Source: Trichoplax adhaerens (Eukaryota; Animalia; Placozoa). From it: 64,000 nt of DNA. The notes under the pieces are model-generated. The model saw only the letters and a program-made list of their open reading frames with translations, had not been told where the DNA came from and searched no databases. Where the stretch lies: the NCBI RefSeq assembly GCF_000150275.1, contig NW_002060981.1:186001-250000 (forward strand). Direction: 5' to 3'. Below are positions 1-13,096 of the stretch, one piece after another; the first letter of the stretch is position 1, and each line of letters opens with the position of its first letter. The translations under genes and the position numbers were made by a program.

Positions 1-3000
1 CGTTTCGATGTGATTTGTATCTAGCCTTCTATTGAATTAAGAAATATGCATGTCAACGTTAATAAGGCATTGGACGTATTATTGCATTAAATACGAAAGA
101 TTTGCACATTTGGCTAGAATCATAATTTTGTTTCATTTACTAAACAATGGCAATGACGTCAGGTATAATGCTTTATTCTTACATCGTTATGAGGTTGCTC
201 AAATTTTGAAATGTTCCAGATTTTAATTCTATTATGGAATTGAACCCTAAATTGCTAATTGAAAAAATTATCGTCGTATTATATAAACGGAAAAAAGAAA
301 ACAAAAAGGCAGAGCTTCCATATTTCGGCTAACATCGTTTGTATATATTGCAGATCGGTGAAGGCTTGAAAATGAATTCCACTTATTGAATTCCTGTATA
401 AATTCCTAATGTATTGATATATTGAACGGTTCTTTCATTAAGTATTAAATAGTAAAATACGTATTTAAACAAGTTATAGTAACACTGTTTTTGTATTCTG
501 ACGTTTGAGGTAAAGTTAATGCTATAGTATTTCAAACTGTGGATGTATAGTTATAGTATATTATCTCATAGCAAAATGCTCGATAGAATTATACACTTAT
601 CATAGAAATGCAATTATAGTTAAATGTACATAAATTTGAATATTAATTGCTTACAAGACTTTCAAATTCGGTGTATTTCTAAATGCTCCAGCCGGAATAA
701 TTTCAATGTTGTTATTGGATAAGTCTCTATAATAAGTAAGAATGTTTAATATTAGGTTAGTACTAAGGTTAAGTCACTGCTATTATCTGTCAAAATTTTG
801 TATTTATAAACTGATTTGTAGACAGACAGTTTGGGCATAAATCTTCAGAACATAATAAATCATAATTTTAAATTCCGATACATGCGTAAGTAAAACTGAA
901 TGTAGTATATTTTATATGATGCACAATAGTATCGATAATTTTAAAACCTATAATAAATATGATAGTGTCAAAGTGTGTACTTCCAAACTTGGCATTTTTT
1001 AATCACTAGATATTTCGTGCAAAATCTTTATCTTATCTTTAATTGAATTATTTATGAAATCTGTTACTTTGGTGTAATGTAACTAGTATTGTGATTGTAG
1101 ACTGCTAGCCATGTTTAGTATAATGTACGGTAGATATTATCCTAAGATATATTTGGTAGCTATAACTATAGACTATAGTGGTATAGACTCTATGCTAGAG
1201 TACAGATGACTATATACAGCAAGGTGTTGAGTTACTAATAAGGCTATAGGTAAAAATAGAACTGTAAATCATATATTAGGATATGGTTAATTCATTGTAC
1301 TTTGGCTGATGTGAATAATGTCTACATAAGTACTGTAGTCGTATCCATATTGGATTAATGATGGTCCGCAGTAGAATAGTCTGACTAAGAATAATTTAAC
1401 TATGTGTGATATAAGGTAAAAGGTTGCCATGCGGATTGTAGCTGCGAATGCTACGAAAAGTATAAAAGCATGCAACTTTAGATTATTCAGTTAGTTCGTT
1501 CTAGAAGTCTTTAGTAGTAGTATTCGGCTAGAGTAGAGCTGTGTAGTTAATCTTTGTATAAGATTCAATAAAGCCCTTGTTTTTCAAAAATTTGGAATCT
1601 AGTGATTGGTATATATCACATTTGGGCATAAAGTTTCAGAATGTAGCGAATTATAAGTATGAATTCCGATATATGGGTGAGTAAAACCACATGCAGTATA
1701 TTGTATATGATATAATAACATCCAAAATTTTCTTAAGCCTATAGTCAGCATGATAGAATAAATTCAGATAGTTGAATAGAAATAAACCAAAAACCAACTT
1801 AAAATTTTAGCCCTTTAAAAATTGAACTTTGCTTGATTTGCACATCTTATGAAGTAGCTTTAAATAGCAGCAGTAAGATGAGGTTGTTGTCATGAACTAG
1901 CTCAGAGTACCTGCAACTATCAGTAAGTGTTTCTCAAAAGTTGTGTTTTTATCTGGAGACTAGATGAAGTACTGCATAATAAAGTAGTTTTAATTCTAAT
2001 ACCTACAGGATAGTGTTCCTTTCAAGGACGAGAGTCTACAATCGATAAAGCTAAATAGTAGACTAATTGAGAATTTACTGTAACTAGTCTTACTTTATAG
2101 ATGAAATTATAGCTAGGTATTATTTGAAAATGTGATTATCAGATTAATGTATTACTCAATGAAAAATGAATAATTCTGAACTCACAGAGTGGTAAGATTT
2201 CTTAGTTCTGCTGGCAATACTTTAGCTATGCTGTAGACGTAGTTGTTACCTAAATCCCTAGAAGTTAGAAACGATCATTAATGTACAACATCCAATTATT
2301 TATGCGAAAATGCTTAAGAAAAAATCGAAATTTAACTCAAATATTGGCAAAAGGAGCAGATAGTTTTTTATATCAGACTGCTATAAAATGGATTCTGGTA
2401 TATATTGAACAGGTAGTATCATTGAGATAGTTTAATACACTAAATATAATGCAAAATCAGTTCATGTCATCGGCGGCTTACAGTTCTGTCAACCAGTCCT
2501 CGCTCGAATTGGTTACGTGTATGGTAAATGTCGGGATATTATTACTACCTATTTCTCTGTATGCCAATGAAACCGAAAAGTTATAGTAAATAAGGCACAA
2601 GCTGTATCTCTGGAGATATAACTTGGTACATGGGATAATAGATAGCTAACTACTTATATAGGATAAACTTACAATTTTCCAACGTAATTTTTATATTCCA
2701 GTAGCTTTGTATAGTCAAAATCATACAGATCGTTGTTATTTAGCTTGCTAATATAAAAAATGAGAGGAAAACAATTAGTACCAAATTTACTATTAAAACT
2801 GTTTTGGTGTAACTATTTTAATCGCTACTAATGTAGGACTATACATGAATTAGACTTTATCTCTTTATTGCAGTTACATTGTAGTCGGTGTTGCTGAAGT
2901 ACCAACATGGTAAAGCCATCCATCACTAAGAGACATCAATTCATTATTATCCAATGCTCTAATCGAAAATAAAAATAAATTACTACATTCAATAGACTCT

Positions 3001-6000
3001 TACTTCTAAAGGGTGAGATCAAAACTGGAAATGCGGATAGGTACGATTAGATACTGGTATTGAAGCGATTGGATTTCAATATCAATAAAAGAGAAGTAAC
3101 GAGTGTAGTTTTTCTTAATAAATAAGATAACTTCTATGGAGATAAAGTATATTTGCATAATCATGCCGTTAACACGAATAAATTTAAGTTCAACTTTTCT
3201 AAATAGTTTTACTAGTAAAACTTGGTATCGAAAGGAACAAAGAAATGCATACTATAGTTATCCAGTATTTAGCAATAATTGGCATAAGGCGTACCAAAAC
3301 GTTATAATTGATAAATCTTATAATAAAAGATAGAGAGATGAATCAGAAATGAACTCTCGAATGCAATACATTAGAGTATTTAAATTAAGGATCTCATTGA
3401 AAATTCTTGAAGCGCTTTCATAGAACTAGTGTACAACTGCTTGAAATTTTATTATGGCCAATTTACGATTTAATATCTGAGTACCGATAATGTTTGGCTA
3501 CAATAATTTTCGCCTAAAAGCTAACTCTTAAAAAGATAATTTATTGATTAGCTATAATATAAATTTTTCGTAGATAACTTACTGTGATAGAGGATAGTGT
3601 TTTACTAACTTTAGCAAAAAAGACCGAATTTAATCCAGGTGAAGTAAGCTAGATCTCACAACAATATACGTTAAAGTAAGACTCCTAATTTAATATTAAA
3701 GTAATGGTCTACCTGAAAAGTACTAGCTTATTCAACTGTGAAAGTTTTGAAACTACTTTCTATTAGTTGTAGTTTGAGATATTATTTAGATAATTTTATT
3801 GATAAAGAAATTTACGATTACAGTAGTATGATATGTAAAATTTTATTAACTTACAAATTGTTTAGTGATGGAAGAAATGAGCAAGAAAAGGAAGTTAAAG
3901 CGTTATAGCTTAGGATCCTGAAAGAAATTTAATTTAATATGAATCCGTTTTTGTTATCGATTTATTGTAACAGTACGATCATAGATAATCTTGGCTTTAC
4001 ATTGATATTAAAATTTAGATAGCTATATAATTATCTTTAGTATGATCTAGAAAATTGTGCTATTTTATTAATTATTACTTGACTACAAAATAACTTATAG
4101 CAGTAACTAAATTTTTAACGAATAGATTACTAATCAATATTTAATTTGTTATAGCTCATCGAAAATTATAAGAAAAATGCTAACTATGCATGCCATAGTG
4201 TCACGAAAGTAATCTTCGTGACGTATACTTTATTTCTATGTTACGTTCTATATCTGCTTATTTCTCAGGAATGTTTAATGGTCTCCTTAATTTTAATTTT
4301 AGTGGTTAACAAAATTGATATCCTTAATTTAGGATTACATAAGCTAAAATGGTAATTGCCAACCAGCTAAACTGGGTTTTATCTATCACCTCCAAGGTTG
4401 TTAAAGTTCAAAGTGCAATTCCTAAGCTTAGAGGAAATGTCTTAGTAAGATAACTTTATATGTATCTGTTAAACTATTAACAAGCATTGATTATTTTAAT
4501 ACTGTTAAAGTAAATTTAATAGGATTAGACGGTATCTAATCTGTACAGATAGAATCTCTTTAGGGTATCAATTTGACTAATTTCTAATCGACAGGTGACT
4601 TGTGTAGCTAAACCGGGTTTAGGTCCGAAACCTATATAAACGGCGAGTTCGCCGACAATAAGTTAGATTGTGATTTTCTAGTAAGTCTTGAAGGTCTCGC
4701 TGTGTTAAACCCTGTCTGCCTTGGAATACCAATTGTCTGGTATTCCAAATAATGGTAGTAAAGGATAGAAATCGCCCTCTCAATCCTTGTTGCAAGTTAG
4801 GGCTATTCCTAGCTAGTAACACATATTCTCTTCAAAGTCATTATATTACAGCTCCAAAATTATTGAAACCGAATACCGTATCTGTAGAGACTATAGTAAT
4901 AACTCGTCCTCTTTAGTCTAAGCAATAAAATCTACATTTTTTAGCTGCAAATCATCTAACACTGAATTAGACGATATCATTTATTGAATTGGCATAGATA
5001 AAATCACAGAAATATGTAATATCTATAGCAATGGCCAATGGAAAGTATATATATTACACGCAAGACCTTTAAATACATTATTAGCTTCGTTATATTTGTC
5101 ATTCAATATAAAGGATATATTGGCTAGAATTCAGTTATTTTAGGTACAGTACTTACAATTCCTTCAGATTGTACAAATTAGAGAAGGTGTTTTCATTGAT
5201 TTTGGAGATTAAATTATATGATAAATTGCTGAAAAATCATTTACAGTGAAAAAAAATTTTTAGTATTGTAGATTAATTTCGGTCAGTTGCCGTCAATAAA
5301 ACATCTAACGCCAAAGAAATTATTAAGTATTACATATTACTAAGCTAGAACGTTTTACTAATGTATTCGTTAATAACAGATACTTTCCATTACATGGTTC
5401 TTAATTCTTGAGATAGTTGAAATGCAGTCGACGAAATGGTCTTTATTAAATTGTAGCTTAGATCACTAACATAAAAGATTGATCAGTTGCAATTACGATT
5501 AATCGCCTATAAAAATTCTATAAAATACAGTATGTTATATAATTTCATTTTAATTTATGTTATCAATCAGAACAAAAATATTTTCAAAAAGCTTCTTTGC
5601 CTTACATATTTTGCACGTTCTCATAGTATGATATTTGTGATTGGCTTATATTGCTGATGTCATTATATTGCATATATCTAATTTGATTGCATGTAAAGAA
5701 AATTAGAGAAAAACTAGATGCTAGTCTAAATAGATTTAAAGCAATTAACTTTAGATGATTTGAGGGTCGATTTTAAGGATATACGAGATAGCATGACTTT
5801 TACTACATTTATTACAGATGATTTAAATTATTCTCGTAGTCATACATTTAATAAGGTGGGCACTGGACTAGAAAGATGAAAAAATTTATTCCGTAACAAT
5901 CGGCTAAGATATTATATAGACGTTCTGCTTTAAGTGTGAGTTATGACATATTTTTACAGCCATTGGAAGCTCAATAACGTACCAGAGTAAGTACTAGGGT

Positions 6001-7893
6001 GCGTAAATAGCTGAAATTATTTGTTATTAAATTACTAATTAATTCTTTAGCGTGATCTCAAAGCCTAAACATATAGGTAATAAATGATTAATTTAAAATT
6101 AGATCAAATAGCTAAGAACACCGTAATATTTAAAACATTAGATCATGACCAATACGGTATTGAGTTATTGATGCTACTGCTGGATGGGCTATCTGTAATA
6201 AGCTAGGCAAATTTTCGTTTGTATTGAGCTACCTATCTTGATACTGCTACATTAAGATTTACAACAAGGTGAAAATAAATTTAATTTTTCATTATAGCGA
6301 CATTAGTGAGTGACACTACTTATGAAACTGTGGTAAAAACCGTAATATTGTAAAAGGTTGAAGATTACAAAATTTCGCAAATTAATTTTTATGAATCAGC
6401 TATGTATCATTACTTTGAATACGCCCATTTTTGAGCGATTTTTGAAACTGTTTAAAATTGATATTAACAAAGCGGGTAATGATTCTGAGTTATTAATTTA
6501 TGTCAAGACCTACATTTGAATGACATCAAAGGCACTGAAATTGCCTCCTATGGGAATACTTTTAAGTTCTACGCTCTTGCATCGAATGGTTATTTTCGTA
6601 CCATAACATGTACAATTGGTAAAAAACGTTGAAAAATCTGGAAATGGCCAAAAAGAGGAATAACACGTCATGTTAATCATGACTATTACTTATGATGAGC
6701 TTGAAGCGATTAGAATAATATTTTTGCCTTGTGATCTTAATATACTACAATATAAATATTTTAATATCAGATCATAACCAGGAACTCCTAAAAAAAATTC
6801 AGCTTATTTCTTTGGAGTCCCTGTTATAACACTATGTGCATTCAAAATAGTAACAATAACGAATTTATTCCTATTGGAAAGACAAGGCCTTATTAATTTG
6901 TTTTACATGGATAAAATTTAGAAAAACAATAGGAATCTCCAGTTACGATAAAATCTGTAGTTAAATTGGCAAGATATACCTACAGGCTTAATTTTAACAG
7001 TTCTTTAACGAATATCTTGAGTGACTAATTAGATCAGAAAAGTATTTATAGTCTATTTTCAACGCTATTTAATATTGAACGTTATTTAGTAAGCGGCGTA
7101 GAAAAGTTTAATTGCAATCTTAATAAATGAAGTTACCGGCAGCTTGTTTGTTGACTATCAGATTATTTATATTTTGCGATAGTGCGCTATAGTTGATTCA
7201 TATTTTCTTGGTTATAGCTAAAGTATCAAATTATTTTATTCTAAAAATTTTAGCCTTAGTATTCTGGCTTATAAGTATGTAAGATACGGAATCGTTGCTA
7301 AACTATAAGAAGTAGAATCCTACTATTGTGTGTTAACTTAAAAAATAGATCTATTTGACTACCTTGGCTGCTTATAAAAAATGATATTTTCACCAATTAC
7401 ACGCAAACACTGAGATAATGCTACAGGGATAGTACATCAGTTTATTTATGTTAATGTCTTCTTTCCATCAATCAAGTGCTTAGCAAATCCTTTTTTACCA
7501 GATACATTAAGTTGCTTATTTGTTAATAAATCAGAAAGAAAAGATAGCAGCTTCATCGTTTTCTGATTAATAGATACTGAATCCGTTTTAAACATTTAAA
7601 ATAGTATAAATGTGCGAGCTGAGTAAAATGAATTACTTAGCATTTACATTATATAAATTCGTTTTGTTAGTACACTAAAAAAAATGCAAATTGAAGGTTG
7701 TATCCTAATTATTTACGCGTTAATTTAATCGCTCATAAATCATTTAACTTATGTGATGATGATAAATTGCAAGGTAAAACGATAAGCAAGTAAATAAGCC
7801 CTACTTACTTAGAAACGGCAGAGAGTGGGATGTTATACACATTGTAAAGATTATTACTAGCCAATTAAAGCAGAATAAACTTGATTTACTCAT
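1..7893 (-). CDS. Multi-exon extracellular leucine-rich-repeat protein (signal peptide + LRRNT + at least 11 LRRs), 3' end outside the window; candidate LRR-containing GPCR (LGR-like) or other LRR receptor
   Basis: Minus-strand exons with canonical splice sites: 7809-7893 (MSKSSLFCFNWLVIIFTMCITSHSLPFL, signal peptide), 6514-6637 (NCTCYGTKITIRCKSVELKSIP, LRRNT), then phase-2 LRR exons 5606-5677 (YMQYNDISNI), 5394-5465 (DLSYNLIKTISSTAF), 5157-5228 (NLSYNLISKINENTFSNLYNLKE), 3855-3917 (ILSYNALTSF), 2878-2958 (ALDNNELMSL), 2673-2747 (KLNNNDLYDF), 2482-2556 (EIGSNNIPTF), 2186-2257 (DLGNNYVYSI), 655-726 (DLSNNNIEIIPAGAFRNTPNLKV), 183-254 (NLGFNSIIELKSGTFQNLSNLIT), 1-28 (RLDTNHIET, partial). They splice in frame with no stops, and every LRR junction codon gives L, I or F. 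The receptor class cannot be seen because the C-terminus is outside the window. Confidence 0.88.
830..1756. repeat. Diverged ~135 bp direct repeat (830-965 and 1621-1756) in an LRR gene intron
   Basis: TTTGGGCATAAATCTTCAGAA...AATTCCGATACATG...GTAAAAC...GTATATT.TATATGAT...CCTATA...ATGATAG is colinear with the sequence that starts right after the LTR at 1621. Confidence 0.65.
1073..1620 (+). mobile_element. Solo LTR, family A, copy 1 (548 bp), in an intron of the LRR gene
   Basis: TGTAATG...ATCACA termini; exact 5-bp TSD TTTGG (1068-1072 and 1621-1625); TATAAAA at 1461; AATAAA at 1567; highly similar to 10951-11944 and related to 13097-13657. Confidence 0.88.
4199..4657 (-). mobile_element. 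Family Y TG...CA element (solo-LTR-like, 459 bp, terminal hairpins), degenerate, intronic
   Basis: TGTC...GACA termini. Left hairpin GTCACGAA-N7-TTCGTGAC shares CTTCGTGAC with the left end of 11288-11725. Right hairpin CGGCGA-GT-TCGCCG. Length matches the other copies. TSD imperfect (CATAG vs ATAAG). Confidence 0.5.
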
Positions 7894-10229
7894 GATGGCT
7901 TTTTCAGTTAGGACAGCGTTGTGACACCCAAATCTAAAATATTAAAAGTTGTTTATCGATTGACAAGCTCAATGTAACGATTTTAAATTATTATATGGCT
8001 TTGATAAGGTAGTTTTGAATTACTTAGATGAGAATTAAAACAAAACTAAAATTAATAATAACAACCTTCTGGCGCGACTGAAACAAGAACATAAACTACA
8101 ATATTCTTTGTAAGGATGCGAATTTTAATTGAATAGTAAAATGATATGGTGATTTTTATTTTTGTTAGGAAAGATAGTACAGGAATTTAAATGAAAATTG
8201 TTTATTGGTCGTTAGGCTAATGAACTGGTAAGCAAGTACGTTATTGGTAATTTAACCATTATAACAATAACAATAAAGAATTACTTGATGCCCTCAATGA
8301 TAGCTTGCAAATTTTAGTAAATTGAATCAATGCCTTTCTTTAACCTATTGATTACCAGAAACACTGAAATTACTTTATTATAGGTAGCAAACAAAACTAT
8401 TATAAAAAATGTTCACTATCAGAAATGAAAAACGTATCGAGAACAAATTTATTTGCCATTGAAGCAGTCCCACGACTGTCAGATGATCTGCTGGTACAAT
8501 GCAGTAGATAATTATCAGTAATGAAACGGTTAGGAAAGTCCTATTATTTTTAAATTGTAATGATATAAGGAAGTTCCTTTTAAAAAGATCTGAATTGTAA
8601 CGTATCACAGAGAATCAAAACATTTAAAGGAAAAAATACTGCGCCTCAAACCGCATCTACTTTGCAAATTTGGTATATTCTAATTAATCTAAAGTGTATT
8701 TTGTCAAACTAAATTAAGATATGCATTTCGATATCTTATGTTTAACTATAATAAAAATTATGTATAAGTTTTAATTTGAACGGAATATAGTATCTTTGGA
8801 AAAGAAATTTCACTGCTATATGTTTTAGCCAGCTAAATAAGTATTGTCGGTTATAGATCACTTCTATAAAATTATCGTCTCAGATCAAACATAATTCACT
8901 TTTCTATTGCATTTTCTACCAAAGCTTGGTCTAAAACGCGAATTAAGTCAACATGATATTTATTAATATACTTCATATAAGTAAGCGAATGTAGTATGAT
9001 ACATATTTTGCCAATTTTGTCGGACATATGACGTCAATAATTGATCTAAAGCATTCCTGCTACCGGTGCTTAATTACAAACAGCTGATATTTACATATCG
9101 GATAATTTTAAATATCTTGAATCGGAACTGGAAACAATGCATTATAATTTGCTCTTTGAAAATTTTCGCGTTCATTAAGAACAAATGTCCAATTATTTAT
9201 TAGTAATTTGTTATTAAAAGTTTTGCCCATCCATTTGTTTCTGGGATATTTATGGTAAGTGATTTATGATCGATCATCGAAGTAAATGATTATTAACTAG
9301 AAGGTACATAGAACTGATCAAATAATCGTATTACTATACTGTACAAAATTTAATATCTGATATTTCCCTAGATGGATGATCATCCATCTTTAATTGTTTT
9401 CAGCATTATTTTTGAAGAGATACCATTTATGAAATACTATAAAGTTAACGATATTACATTAATCAAGCTGTCTAGCTGATGACAAGATTTTTTCATATTT
9501 AAAAGCTAGCACAATTGTTGGCATTATTAAGGAACAAGATTAGATTAGTACATTACATTCTGAGTTTACTTTCTAAATTTGGTGTCATTAATTTATTAGG
9601 TTAAAGTACTGTTCTAAATTTATTTTTATAAATCAAATAATTGTAATATTTTAAGCAGCTTTAAGAAAATTCTTTTAAAGTTAGCGGCAATAAAAATCAT
9701 GTTCACTTCTTACAGAATGGGAACGTAACGGTTCTGCGTTACAATTAAAGTTACTTGATGATATGCTTAATATATCTTTATCTTAATCTGTTATATGACT
9801 AGTGGTTAATCAATGAATAATTTAATGTCATTTCAGATTCGTGGGCATTACTTTCATAAACTGATATCTAATGTAGGTAATATACGGCAGTCATTATTGT
9901 GTCGGTTTGAGAATCTTAGTAAAACAGTTGGCGAAGATTTGCTTATCACAATCGGACACTCTTAATGATTACTCTTAAATGCGCTAAATATCTATATGGA
10001 TTGTAATTTATATAAATAGAATTATGCTATGGCAAAGCTTCTGAATATCAATGCCTTGTATGTATTGCACGATTTTATCATGCACAAATATTTTAAAGAA
10101 ATTCATTGATACATTAGTATTTAAATAGGGGATGTGACAGTGTTATATACTATAGTAGTATTAGAGTAGAAATATCTACGTTAGGATAATTTTGTTAGCC
10201 TATCCTTATTTAGTTAACTCCTAGGGAAA

Positions 10230-10688
10230 TGTGAATTATCTACTTACAGTTCGAATCCTTGTGATTGCAACTTACTTATGGTAGATTGTAAAATATCGTG
10301 GAAATGTCTCCTGCTAGGATATATCGTAATCTGACTATTCTGTTTAGCTATCAGATATCTATGTTCGTAAATACAGTTGTCTGCATTAGGGAGCAATTGC
10401 GAAAATTAATGTCTAATTCAGGGAATGATTCCAAAGTTAATCGTACTAACTATGACTCATAAACTATTAAGGAAGAGTATATAAATGTAATATATCGAGT
10501 AATAAAGTTAATTCTTAAACTTAGTGTTTAACGTAAAGTAAAATACGAGGGGTCTAAATCTTTGTGTAGTCTGCTAGTAGAGCAGAAGTGTTCCTGATAG
10601 TGCAGATATCGCTCCTTGATACGTGGTTCAAAGAATTGACTTATTGATCGCAAATTACGTTATCTTGTTGGAAAGCTGCTTTGCGACA
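10230..10688 (+). mobile_element. Family Y solo-LTR-like element (~459 bp; 5' boundary uncertain)
   Basis: TATATAAAT near 10478 and AATAAA at 10501. Shares GTTTAACGTA, GTCTAAAT and the 3' end TTACGTTATCTTGTTGGAAAGCTGCTTTGCGACA with the reverse complement of 11288-11725 (TTACGTTATCCTTGTCACGAAGCTGGTTTGTGACA). GAAA flanks both ends if the start is 10230. Confidence 0.6.
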
Positions 10689-10950
10689 GAAATGTACTGT
10701 CATCCTATCAATTTAGTGATTTAAAAATAGCATTTGTTATATAGAAGCATTACAAGCTAGGAATGATCCTAGTCAGCAACAAACATTGAAAATATGCTTT
10801 CTAATCTGTACTACAGTAAATTAGAATATTAATCAGTTGATGTTTCTATGGAGGTATAATTAAGATTTTGCTCAGCGAGGACTCCAATCTCCAACGTAAT
10901 GATATTCTACTTTATTATCGATGAGGTCGCTACTTCTATAAGTTTGTGAT

Positions 10951-11944
10951 TGTAATGTAACTAGTATTGTGATTGCAGTCTGTCAGCCATGTTTAGTATA
11001 ATTTACGGTAGATATTTATACTAAGAGATATTTGGCAGCCATAACTATAGACTGTAGTGGTATAGACTCTATGCTAGAGTACAGATGATTATATACAGTA
11101 AGGTGTTGAGTTACTAATAAGGTTATAGGTAAAAATAGAACTGTAAATCATATATTAGGATATGGTTAATTTATTGTACTTTGGCTGGTGTGAATAATGT
11201 CTACATAAGTACTGTAGTCGTATCCATATTGGATTAATGATGGTCCGCAGTAGAATAGTGTTACTAAGAATAATTTAACTATGTGTATGTCACAAACCAG
11301 CTTCGTGACAAGGATAACGTAAAATAAATCTCTAAATCTCTTAAAATCTGCGGATTCAGTATCCCTACTCACAAGAATTTAGACGCCTTTGATTCTACGT
11401 TAAACTCAACTAGACAATTGAGAACTACTTTATTCAACTATCTGACGGGCTTATATATACACTTCTACAGCAGCTAACATTCATGAGTCATCTTATAAAA
11501 ATACTTAGATTAGAACATCTACCAACTAATTTTTCACAGTCGGACTACAATATGTCCATTCACAGAATCATTTCAGTGCACATTACAGCACAGCATTAAA
11601 TTTACTGTAACACATTTATAATTAGAGTAATTTCTATTGTAAGTAACTAGTTGTAATACATTATCACTATATTATATTAACCAAATTTAGATATCTATTT
11701 CTTCACGGTAGCTCGTACCGTGACAGTGTAATATAAGGTTAAAGGTTGCCATGCGGATTGTAGCTGCGAATGCTACGAGAAGTATAAAAGCATGCAACTT
11801 TAGATTATCCTGCTAGTTCGTTCTAGAAGTCTTTAGTAGTAGTATTCGGCTAGAGTAGAGCTGTGTGTATTTAATCTTTGTATAAGATTCAATAAAGCCC
11901 TTATCTTTCTAAAATTTGGAATTTCGTGATTGGTATATATCACA
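10951..11944 (+). mobile_element. Solo LTR, family A, copy 2, interrupted by a family Y element
   Basis: Same termini as 1073-1620; exact TSD GTGAT (10946-10950 and 11945-11949); colinear with copy 1 on both sides of the 11288-11725 insert. Confidence 0.9.
11288..11725 (-). mobile_element. Family Y solo-LTR-like element (438 bp) nested inside family A copy 2
   Basis: Absent from the homologous site in copies 1 and 3; TGTCAC...GTGACA inverted termini; exact TSD GTGTA (11283-11287 and 11726-11730); minus-strand TATATATAAG (~11450-11459) followed by AATAAA (11429-11434); hairpin at each end. Confidence 0.88.
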
Positions 11945-13096
11945 GTGATAGAGGGTTCGATGTGCTAGATGATGCGAGTGTAGCCGCCATACAGAGTATT
12001 GTACACAAGGAGTTTAAGAGAAATTATTACTTTATTGTAGAGATAGAAATTAAGGTACAGTGTGAGACCTAGCATAGATTAGTGTGCAAGCTGTAGTGAA
12101 GTAGCGTGTAGAATACTAAGGCACTAATAATTTTTAGAGTAAAAAATGCCGGTATTTATAGCTATTGAATTAGAGCACCTGCAGAGAACTAGATTTTAGA
12201 ATTAGATATAATATATACTAAAAAAGTTACAGAATAACAGATGATTGTAGAAGATTGTGAGTATTGTAGTAATGTAGTAATGTAGTAATGGACTGTAATA
12301 GCTAAATGCAGCAAGACATATTTGAATGTAAAGCAAATAGACTTTAGATATGTCTATATTTAAGAGTAGATTACAGTTATAGTGCAATTCCAAATACTCT
12401 ACAAGTTTAGGCACTCAAAGTTGCTTAATTATAGGAGTCACCTCATCTTTTAGAAATAAACCAAATTAATACGCTAAAATGTCTATATTTGTGCGAATTA
12501 AACACAATCCAATCCTAATACACTTATTGTATTGCTGCTAAAGTAATCAAATTCTACCAATGGCTTGATAAGTATACGCCTATATTAGGCTATTAAACTA
12601 ATGTATGTCGTCTAAACTTGGAAGCTGTTCTTTCAAGTTTAACATCATTCGAGGTTGTAGATGCAATCTAGTTAAAGTATACTAGTCGGCAATTACTATT
12701 TTAGTCTACATAAACTTAAATTAATGATTACTAACACATCAGCTGTTCTATACTAAAGCTATATTAAGTTATTGTTATTATGTTATGTTAGTGTTATGTT
12801 ATTTGTTACAGTGTTATATATAAGTACTGGATTTGCTTTTTTATCACCTTTATATCTTATCTATATGTCCTTACGAGACTATTACTTATGCTAAAATTAC
12901 AACTCAGCTAGCTTATAGACCGAAAGCATACTTCATATGATTGTATAACACTTTCAAGTTACATCCTGCGCTTTGACTCTTATACTGTATATAGGTTGCG
13001 GCCAAGTAACACCCTGATATAATTAAAGTATTGAATAAATTTGACAGTACTAAGCAAAAGTTATGCTTAAGAAAACGGGTGAGCCTGCGTCTGGCC

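Larger units (their letters stand above)
10945..12403 (-). mobile_element. Family X solo LTR (~460 bp once the inserts are removed), host of the nested insertions
   Basis: Minus-strand termini TGTAGAG...TATCACA; AGTT flanks both ends; minus-strand TATAAATA (~12153-12160) and AATAAA (12031-12036). Shares AGCTTGCACACT..ATCTATGCTA, terminal motifs and length with 63221-63681. Confidence 0.65.

Noticed and set aside
1287-1475. Near-identical short ORFs at 1287-1475 and 11166-11372
   Set aside because: They are antisense frames inside copies of the same non-coding LTR. The similarity reflects the repeat, not a protein family.
4336-4421. Frameshifted LRR-like peptide (LNFNNL...VIDKTQFSWL) on the minus strand
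   Set aside because: It needs a frameshift and lies inside the family Y element, so it was not counted as an exon.
8372-9880. Scattered plus-strand exon-like segments
   Set aside because: They could not be joined into a stop-free frame with any recognisable domain.
10248-10260. tRNA B-box-like GTTCGAATCC
   Set aside because: No A box or cloverleaf could be built, and it lies within an LTR-like element.
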